This document shows positions 19,719 through 26,969 of a DNA stretch of 64,000 nucleotides, piece by piece. The notes under the pieces were generated by a model. It was not told where the DNA came from, did not search any database, and was given only the letters and a program-made list of their open reading frames with translations. Origin of the DNA: Myxococcota bacterium (GTDB lineage: Bacteria > Myxococcota_A > UBA9042); NCBI GenBank assembly GCA_049317445.1, contig JBMOIG010000003.1, positions 31,825-95,824 of the forward strand. The letters run 5' to 3'. Each line of letters starts with the position of its first letter. Position 1 is the first letter of the stretch. The translations under genes and the position numbers were made by a program.

Positions 19719-20816
19719 TCAAGGCTTTCCCGCCTCGATCTTCACCACCCGCACCTGCGGCCCGCGCGTGATGTCGATCTCGGACAGGCCGTAGAACAGC
19801 TCGCCGTCGATCACGGGGTCGATGTGCGCCCCATCGCGCGCCACGGCCCTCAGGTGCTGGCCAGGGCCGTCGTACAGCGAGTCGAGCGAGAGCTTGCGAC
19901 CGACAGCCAGCTTGGGCAGGTTCACCAGCACCTCGGCAAAAGACGGGTTGCCGGCCTGCAGATGCAGCACGCCCGGGTCGGCGGCGTAAGGGAACAGGCG
20001 AAACACGCCCTTGAGGTTGATGTCGATCGACCCCACGTTGACGGCGCGAAACGTCCGCATCGGCAGCTTCTTGTCGTCGATCCACACGTCGAGTGGGATC
20101 TGCTCGAACACCGTCTCGGCGTAGTAGCGCCAGGCCGCCGGAATCGGGACGCGCTCGAACCCCGGCGTCTGCGACGCCATCGAGCCGACGATGCGCGAGA
20201 CCACCTCGACGATCCCGGTGGGCCCTTGGTTCTCGTGTGCATAGAATTTGTCGAAGAACCGCTGACCTACGCCCGCCGCTGCCACGGCAAAACCGATCTT
20301 CTCGAACGGCCGACCGGGCCAATCGCTGGCCGGTCCCTGCACACCGCGGATCTGCAGGCTGTCGATGGTCACGATCTCCGGCACTCCGCCCCGACGCAGA
20401 CGCTCGCAAAGGGTCGCCAGCAGCGGCTCTGCGTGGCCGATGACACCGCACTTGCGACCAAGAAAGTCGATGGTGCCGGCGTTGGTCGGCATGATCGCGG
20501 GCATCTCGTCACGGCCGCCGCGCTCGTTCAGCACCTGGACGACCACGTTGATCAGCCAGTGGAAAGCTCCGTCGCCGCCGTCCGCGACCCAGTACGGGAT
20601 CTTCTGGTCCAGAAAGTCGCGCACGACGTCGGCAATCTCGCCCGTGTGATGGGTCCGGCGAACCAGCCCCAGCCCGTCGACAATCTCCCGCATCCGATCG
20701 AAACGCGTTGGATTCATGCGGTTTTTCTTTGAATTCGGATTGGTGATCACGCCGATCAGGGGAGGATTCGCCACGGCTGCTCTCCTGGGTCCTTCGTCAC
20801 CGGTGACCCGTCGCAC
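19719..20816 (-). CDS. diacylglycerol/lipid kinase catalytic-domain (DAGK_cat, YegS/BmrU-like) protein
   Basis: IGVITNPNS...YWVADGGDGAFHWLIN resembles the DAGKc Gly-rich ATP site. The protein is 365 aa and the start may be internal. Confidence 0.5.
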   Translation of the reverse strand: MRRVTGDEGPRRAAVANPPLIGVITNPNSKKNRMNPTRFDRMREIVDGLGLVRRTHHTGEIADVVRDFLDQKIPYWVADGGDGAFHWLINVVVQVLNERGGRDEMPAIMPTNAGTIDFLGRKCGVIGHAEPLLATLCERLRRGGVPEIVTIDSLQIRGVQGPASDWPGRPFEKIGFAVAAAGVGQRFFDKFYAHENQGPTGIVEVVSRIVGSMASQTPGFERVPIPAAWRYYAETVFEQIPLDVWIDDKKLPMRTFRAVNVGSIDINLKGVFRLFPYAADPGVLHLQAGNPSFAEVLVNLPKLAVGRKLSLDSLYDGPGQHLRAVARDGAHIDPVIDGELFYGLSEIDITRGPQVRVVKIEAGKP

Positions 20817-20822
20817 GTCGCA

Positions 20823-21779
20823 TCACATCAAGGGCAATTGACCGTCCGCCAGCAGGTGCACGCAGCGCACGCCTCGCAACTGCAGCCTCGCGCACAACGC
20901 CGCGGCTCCGGCACCGGTGGCGACCACGAGGGTCGCGCCGCTGGCCAACGCCAGCGCATCCAGGTCCGTTCCCGCCGCACGCCGCGACACCGCGAACCCG
21001 CGACTGGCCCCCACCGCCGCCAAAGCCTGCGGTCCGGCGTCCTCGGCCGCCAGCCACCGGTCCCCCAGCAAGGGCAAGGCGGGGGCGACATCGGACTGCA
21101 CGCGCAGCGTCAGACCAGTATTCACGTTGCGTTTTGACGGGTTGCGTGCCGCAGGCAGCCGACGTCCCGCGGCGACGTACCGACCGGCCAGCCGCACGAG
21201 CCGAGTGCTGAGCGTGACGGGAACCCGACCGGCCACCAGCGCCAAGGCGTCCAGCGCGACGGTCGCCGAGTCAAACACCCAATCCAGCCGACCGAAGACC
21301 GCGGTGTGTGCAACCGCCGCGTCCACCTCAGGGACCAGACCGACCGAACCTGGCAGCTCGCGCTCAGCCAGCGTCGCGTCGAGGACCAGAATGTCCGCTT
21401 CACGCCAAGCAATGGGCTCGGCGGTGGGTGCGGCATCCAAACGAGCAGGGCCAGCGAAAAGCACTGCACGACCGTCCAGATGCGCCCGCAGCATCGCAGA
21501 GCCCGGCGACGACCCGGCCGGCAGCAGCTCGACAGCGATTCGCCCCAGCTGAAAGGGGCGCGCATAGGGGACGGCAAGCGGCCGCGTCGCCGTCGACGGC
21601 AGCAGCTCGGCCAGCGGCGCACTGCAGACGCGGCGACGACTGCCGCGCGACCGCTCGTCCAGCTCGGCCAAGAATCGCAGGCCGTGGGAAGCTTCTCCGT
21701 CGAGCCACAGCCGGGCCGCTGGCACGTGGACCCCGCCGCGTGCCCGGATGCCGTGGACCTCGCTGCGCACCTCGACCAT
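20823..21779 (-). CDS. hypothetical protein
   Basis: The internal start MVEVRSEVHGIRARGG gives 318 aa, Ala/Leu-rich. There is no clear motif. It is divergent from plsB. Confidence 0.35.
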   Translation of the reverse strand: MVEVRSEVHGIRARGGVHVPAARLWLDGEASHGLRFLAELDERSRGSRRRVCSAPLAELLPSTATRPLAVPYARPFQLGRIAVELLPAGSSPGSAMLRAHLDGRAVLFAGPARLDAAPTAEPIAWREADILVLDATLAERELPGSVGLVPEVDAAVAHTAVFGRLDWVFDSATVALDALALVAGRVPVTLSTRLVRLAGRYVAAGRRLPAARNPSKRNVNTGLTLRVQSDVAPALPLLGDRWLAAEDAGPQALAAVGASRGFAVSRRAAGTDLDALALASGATLVVATGAGAAALCARLQLRGVRCVHLLADGQLPLM

Positions 21780-21935
21780 CGCCCCAGCCTCCCGCCGACC
21801 TTCCGCGGTGGCCGGGGTTGTACCCGAAGCCGCCGCCTGCGTCACATCACCCGCCAGACAACGGCCGCAGCCGGCCGTCGCGCCTTGCGTTTTGCCCGAC
21901 GCCGGGCCAGCATCCCGCCCCGGGGAGCCACGCAC

Positions 21936-24863
21936 ATGACCACGCCATCCGGCACCGCGCAACCGGGCGCCAGACCGAATCCGCCGCAAGAACCGACGCC
22001 TGCCGAGCCGACCGCCGCCCCCCTCGCGGCCGATGCCGAGCCGAACGCGCCCGGCCAGACGCGGCTGCCCCGCACCGTCACCGACACGGGCCAATTTCGC
22101 CTGCTGCCCTCACAGCTCGCTCCGGTGGTGCACGACGGCCTGACGCCTTCGCAGCTGAACCACCCGTCAGCGATGGTGCCCAGACTGGGGATGTGGCTGC
22201 GTTTGTTCGCGAAGCTCTTCTTCTCGCCGGTGCAGTTCGCTCCCCGGCTGACCAGCGAGATCGCGACCCACGCCAAGGAAGGGGCGATCGTCTACACGCT
22301 GCACAGCATCAGCCTGCTGGACTACCTGTACTTCAACTACGCGCTGCTGCGAGGCCACGCGCCGATCGCCAAGTTTGCGAACGGCGTGTCCACGACCTTT
22401 TTCCAGCCCTGGCGACGGGTGTTCCTGCACTTCATGCGCCGCTTCGTGCTGCGCCGCCCAAGCCTGCCCGACCCCACGGTGATGCGCGCCCACCTGCGCC
22501 GTCGCAACGCCGTGCTGCTGTTCTTGCGGCAGGGCTTTTCGCTGCTCGATTTCGTGACCCCGCGCCCTCAGGTGCCCTACCTGCGCGAGTTGATCGAGGC
22601 CCAGCGCGAGGTCGACTTCCCGATCATCGTGCTGCCGCAGGTGCTCGTGTGGCACCGCAACCCCGAGAAGAGCCGCACCAGCATCATCGACGAGTTCTTC
22701 GGCGACCCTCAGGCACCAGGTCGACTGCGCAAGCTGTTCTCTTTCTTGCTGAATTTCCGGCGCGCGTTTGTGCAGGGTGGCCAGCCCGTCGACGTGCGCG
22801 CGTTCCTGGAGGACGAGCGCCACATCACCGACGACGCCCTGCTGGCCGAAGTCCTGCGCGTCCGCATCACCGCCAGCTTCAAGGCTGAGCAACGGATCAT
22901 CTGCGGCGTCCCGACCAAGCCGGTGCACCAGGTCACGCGCGAGCTGCTTGAGGACGCTGAGGTCGCCGCCGACTTGCGACAGTTCGCAGAGCAGCAACAG
23001 CGACCGCTCGAGGCGCTGCAGGCCGAGGCATTCGACTACATCCGCGAGATCGCCGCGAATTTCCAGATGTGGCTCGTCAGCACGCTTTGCTTCGTGCTGA
23101 CGCTGCTGTGGGCGCGCATCTACGACGGCATCGAGGTCGACGAGGAAGGCCTCGAGTCGATCCGCGAGGAGGGCCGCAAGCACCCCGTCGTGCTCGTCCC
23201 CAGTCACAAAAGCCACGCGGACTACCTGTTGCTCAGCTACCTGTTCTATCGCAACGGGCTGATTCCGCCTCACATTGCCGCCGGCGCCAACCTGTCGTTC
23301 TTTCCGCTCGGGTCGATCTTCCGCCGCGGGGGTGCGTTCTTCCTGCGCCGGTCGTTCGCCGGACTGCCGGTGTACGCCGCGATCTTCCGCCACTACGTCC
23401 GCAAGTTGCTGCGCGACGGCCACTGGCTCGAGTTCTTCCCGGAGGGCGGTCGGTCCCGCACCGGCAAGCTGCTGCCCCCCAAGCTGGGCCTGCTGAACCA
23501 CGTGCTGGAAGCCGTCGCCGATGGGACGGTCCAGGACGTCGCGCTGATGCCCGCCAACTTCGGCTACGAGCGGCTGATCGAGGGGGATGCCTACCGCAAG
23601 GAGCTGGAAGGCGGCGAGAAGAAGACGGAAAGCGTCGGCAACGTGCTCAAGGCGACCAGTGTTCTCGTGCACAAGTACGGCCGCATCCGCATCCAGTTCG
23701 GCAAGGCGATCCACGCCCGCGACTTCCTGGAGCAGCAAGGTGCGCTGGGCAAGCTCGGCGAGCGCGACGCCAAGGCATTCGAACGCGCGGTCAAGGTCTG
23801 CGGCTACAAGATTCTGGGCGCCATCAACGACGCCGCCGTGATCACCCCGACCGCGCTGGTTGCCGCCGTGCTGCTGACCAAGGTCCAGCGGGGCATCTCA
23901 CGCGGTGACCTGCTGACCCGGGTGGGTTATCTGCTGGACGAGGCCAGCCAACGCCATGCGGTGCTCTCGGGGCCGCTGCAGACCGCCCTCAGCACGCGAC
24001 GGCAGCTGCTGGTGACCGCCGACATGCTCGATCAGGCCCGCACGGGCGCGGTCCTGGACCCGCTGGGCGAGCACCCTTCGCGCGCGAGGCTGAAGGGCGA
24101 GGCCGTCGCCGAGATCGTCGACAAAGTCCTGACGATGTTCGAGAAGCCGCGCTGGATTGTGCGCCGCGCCTTCGAGGGCGAGGACGTGTTCGTCGTCAAG
24201 CGGGCCGGGCGACTGCATCTCGACTACTACAAGAACAACGTGATCCACCTGTTCGTGCCGGACGCGCTGCTGTCGGCGAGTCTGCTCGCCCTGATGGAGC
24301 AGACCGACGGCGTGGCCCCCGACGATCTCGCCGACACGACCAAGTTCCTGTCGCGCTTGTTGAAGTTCGAGTTCATCTACCCCCCCGACTCGTTCCAAGC
24401 GCGCTACGACCAGACGCTGGACCGGATGCTCGCTGAAGCTTGGGTGGTGCCTGACACGCAAGGCAGGCTGCACGTCACTCCCACGGTCCTGCCGGTGCTG
24501 CGTCTGTACGCCAAGCTGCTGCAGAACTTCATCGAGTCCTACGCGCTGATGGCGCGCGGACTGCGGGCGCTGGCTTCAGGCCCCATGACCGACAAGGCCT
24601 TTCTCGACTACGTGCAGGTCGAGGCGTCCAAGGCGTTCGAGCTGGGCGACGTGCAGTGCTGGGAGTCGGTCAGCAAGGTCAACTTATCCAACGCGCTGAA
24701 GATCTTTGTCGAGCTTGGGTTCGTGACCCAGACGACTGAGGGCGTTGGCAAGAAGCGCGCGAAGATGCTGAGACTGAAGGCGGCCGACGACGCCCACGAA
24801 GACGTGGACCTCTACGTCAAGCGAGTCCGTGCGTTCCAGTCGCCTTGGCGCATCGACAAATAG
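21936..24863 (+). CDS. plsB: glycerol-3-phosphate 1-O-acyltransferase PlsB with long Pro-rich N-terminal extension
   Basis: VPSHKSHADYLLLSY (HX4D), IPPHIAAGANLSFFPLGSIFRRGGAFFLRRSF and FPEGGRSRTGKLL are near-identical to E. coli PlsB motifs. Taking ATG at 21936 gives 975 aa. Confidence 0.85.
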   Translation: MTTPSGTAQPGARPNPPQEPTPAEPTAAPLAADAEPNAPGQTRLPRTVTDTGQFRLLPSQLAPVVHDGLTPSQLNHPSAMVPRLGMWLRLFAKLFFSPVQFAPRLTSEIATHAKEGAIVYTLHSISLLDYLYFNYALLRGHAPIAKFANGVSTTFFQPWRRVFLHFMRRFVLRRPSLPDPTVMRAHLRRRNAVLLFLRQGFSLLDFVTPRPQVPYLRELIEAQREVDFPIIVLPQVLVWHRNPEKSRTSIIDEFFGDPQAPGRLRKLFSFLLNFRRAFVQGGQPVDVRAFLEDERHITDDALLAEVLRVRITASFKAEQRIICGVPTKPVHQVTRELLEDAEVAADLRQFAEQQQRPLEALQAEAFDYIREIAANFQMWLVSTLCFVLTLLWARIYDGIEVDEEGLESIREEGRKHPVVLVPSHKSHADYLLLSYLFYRNGLIPPHIAAGANLSFFPLGSIFRRGGAFFLRRSFAGLPVYAAIFRHYVRKLLRDGHWLEFFPEGGRSRTGKLLPPKLGLLNHVLEAVADGTVQDVALMPANFGYERLIEGDAYRKELEGGEKKTESVGNVLKATSVLVHKYGRIRIQFGKAIHARDFLEQQGALGKLGERDAKAFERAVKVCGYKILGAINDAAVITPTALVAAVLLTKVQRGISRGDLLTRVGYLLDEASQRHAVLSGPLQTALSTRRQLLVTADMLDQARTGAVLDPLGEHPSRARLKGEAVAEIVDKVLTMFEKPRWIVRRAFEGEDVFVVKRAGRLHLDYYKNNVIHLFVPDALLSASLLALMEQTDGVAPDDLADTTKFLSRLLKFEFIYPPDSFQARYDQTLDRMLAEAWVVPDTQGRLHVTPTVLPVLRLYAKLLQNFIESYALMARGLRALASGPMTDKAFLDYVQVEASKAFELGDVQCWESVSKVNLSNALKIFVELGFVTQTTEGVGKKRAKMLRLKAADDAHEDVDLYVKRVRAFQSPWRIDK

Positions 24864-25007
24864 CCGACGCAATAAGCCTTCCCTGACGCGATCATTGCAT
24901 CCGCACCGCCCATCGCCGTCTGTACGGGGGGGTTCGAGTGTGCTACACCATCGCCGCCGTCCACAGGGATTCCGCCCAAGCGCCGGCGCAAGCTACGAGG
25001 TGAACCC

Positions 25008-25529
25008 ATGAGGCTGTACGCAGGAAAGATCTCGCCCATCGCCAACGACATGGTGGAGGCGCTGGTGGCCAACGGCGACATCGAGGTCTCTGCCGATCTG
25101 GTGCATGAGGTCGTGTTGGACGTCGAGAGCGTGCTGCGCGAGTACATCCGCGCCGAGCGCGAGATCACCGACCGCGCGCGCGACCAGATCTCGCGTGACG
25201 GACTCGAGTTCAATCAGGTCAACAAGATCAAGAACAAGCTGGCGGAGGATCGCGGCTTCGGCATCGGCGATCGCGCCGTCGAGTACCTGACCCGTCAAGT
25301 GATCGAGGCCCTGTTCCACAGCCGCCATGTCGAAGAGGTCTTCGCCGAAGATCACACGCTGCGGCGCACCATGCGCGACGTGCTGAACCGCCATCTCAAC
25401 GTCGATGACGATCTGGATCAGGAAGTGCGCAAGCGCATCAAGAACCTGCAGGAAGGCACGTCTACCTGGGAAGTCGAGTACCACAAGGTCATGTCGGACC
25501 TGCGTCGCCTCAAGGGCTTGGACGCCTAG
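25008..25529 (+). CDS. DUF507-family protein
   Basis: 173 aa, beginning MRLYAGKISPIANDMVEALVANGDIEV. This is a conserved small protein family with no known function. The RBS is gaggtgaaccc. Confidence 0.55.
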   Translation: MRLYAGKISPIANDMVEALVANGDIEVSADLVHEVVLDVESVLREYIRAEREITDRARDQISRDGLEFNQVNKIKNKLAEDRGFGIGDRAVEYLTRQVIEALFHSRHVEEVFAEDHTLRRTMRDVLNRHLNVDDDLDQEVRKRIKNLQEGTSTWEVEYHKVMSDLRRLKGLDA

Positions 25530-25649
25530 TCTGTAGGAGTGTCGCGTCGTTGCATCATTGACGGCGCCATCACGTCCGCGGATAACCTCCCCCTCGGCTG
25601 ACGCAAGGCCCCGCCTGAGCCGCCCACCCGCCAAGAGGAAACACACGCC

Positions 25650-26384
25650 ATGGGCTTCCATCTGCACCGCAACGGCGAATCGACCCCTTACGAGCTCTCG
25701 GTTCTTCGCGAGATGGCCCGCCGCGGCGATCTTGCGCAGGACGAGTACATCTACGACGACACCAAGAGCGAGTGGATTGGGGCTGCCCAAGTCCCTGAGA
25801 TGAATGGCGCTTGGAACATCGGCGAAGACGAGCGCACCGTCGCTATGGAGCTGCCGGCCGACTTTCTGGCCCAGCTGGATGAGCAGCGCAAGGCTGACGC
25901 CGCAGTCCCCGCACTTGCGCCCACCCCTGAGCCGATGCGCCCTGTTGAGCCCATGCGTCCGGTCGAGCCGATGCGCCCTGTTGAGCCCATGCGCCCTGTC
26001 GCTCAGGAGCGCCCGCTGCCCCCCGCTGGTGGGGGCTACCGTGGCCAGACCGGTGCCGTCGTCAGCCCGATCGTCGCCGTGCTGCTGATCATGTTCACGT
26101 GCGGCATCTACGGCCTGATCTGGAACCTGAAGCGGATGGGCGAGATCAACACCTTCCTGGGCGAGCAGCGGCTGACTTGGTGGTGGATGCTGATTCCGAT
26201 CCTCAACATCGTGCTGCTCTGGAACATGATCCAGGTGCTGCCCGACGTCGGTCGTCGCGCCGGCCTGCAGCCCCAGGACCGCACGACGATCCTGCTGATC
26301 ACGCTGCTGTGCTTCCCGATGGCGTTCTACTACATCTACCAGGACGACCTGAATCAAGCGTGGCAGGCCGCGGGAGCCCGCTGA
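25650..26384 (+). CDS. GYF-like (DUF4339) N-terminal domain fused to DUF4234-like membrane domain, with EPMRPV x4 repeat
   Basis: The N-terminus MGFHLHRNGESTPYELSVLREMARRGDLAQDEYIYDDTKSEWIGAAQV is GYF_2-like. A C-terminal two-TM region GIYGLIWNLKRMGEIN is DUF4234-like. There are four consecutive EPMRPV units. Confidence 0.55.
   Translation: MGFHLHRNGESTPYELSVLREMARRGDLAQDEYIYDDTKSEWIGAAQVPEMNGAWNIGEDERTVAMELPADFLAQLDEQRKADAAVPALAPTPEPMRPVEPMRPVEPMRPVEPMRPVAQERPLPPAGGGYRGQTGAVVSPIVAVLLIMFTCGIYGLIWNLKRMGEINTFLGEQRLTWWWMLIPILNIVLLWNMIQVLPDVGRRAGLQPQDRTTILLITLLCFPMAFYYIYQDDLNQAWQAAGAR
25928..25999 (+). repeat. 4 x 18-bp in-frame tandem repeat (gagccgatgcgccctgtt / gagcccatgcgtccggtc alternating) encoding EPMRPV
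   Basis: The tandem units are directly visible in the sequence as a 2 x 36 bp structure. Confidence 0.8.
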
Positions 26385-26452
26385 ACCGGCAACGCCCCGA
26401 GAGTCCGTCCGCTCCACGAAAGCCTGACTGCTCCACGAACGAGGGAAACGAC

Positions 26453-26953
26453 ATGAAGATGCGCGCCGCCGCCTGGACCGTGCTGGTCGCTCTGCTGGGC
26501 TCGTTGACGGGCTGCTACAACACGTATCAGGTCGCTCCGGACGAGTTCCGCAAGCTGCAGTCCCGCACCGCACTTCGCGAGGACTCCCGCCTGGCCGACA
26601 AGATCACGCCCGACGAACTGACCGCCCTGACGAGCTTGGGCGAGCAGGACACCGTCACGGTCAACAGCACCGAGAACGAGAAGGTGGGCGTCAACCGCGA
26701 CACCAAGCTGTTCGTGCGCTCGCAGGGTGGTCGCCGGTACGAGGTGACGCCGTTCAACTTCTCGATGGTGTCCAGCCAGTTGGTGGCCTCTGACCGCGAC
26801 ACGCTGGTGCCGCTGTCCGACCTCGCGTCGTTCGAGATCGACCACCTGTCCACCCCGAAGACCGTCGCCATGATCTCGCTGGCCGTCGTGGGCGCTGCTA
26901 GCGTCATCGCCGTCATCTTCGCCGTGTCGGGCTCGAAGTCGCAGAGCGAGTAG
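26453..26953 (+). CDS. hypothetical lipoprotein with C-terminal TM segment
   Basis: ATG at 26453 is preceded by the RBS gagggaaacg. MKMRAAAWTVLVALLGSLTGC gives a lipobox. A C-terminal hydrophobic stretch reads ISLAVVGAASVIAVIFAV. Confidence 0.5.
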   Translation: MKMRAAAWTVLVALLGSLTGCYNTYQVAPDEFRKLQSRTALREDSRLADKITPDELTALTSLGEQDTVTVNSTENEKVGVNRDTKLFVRSQGGRRYEVTPFNFSMVSSQLVASDRDTLVPLSDLASFEIDHLSTPKTVAMISLAVVGAASVIAVIFAVSGSKSQSE

Positions 26954-26969
26954 TCGGACGCCCGCCCCG

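Noticed and set aside
20823-21779. Metallo-beta-lactamase-fold nuclease annotation for the 318-aa protein
   Set aside because: No HxHxDH motif is present. The resemblance is too weak to claim.
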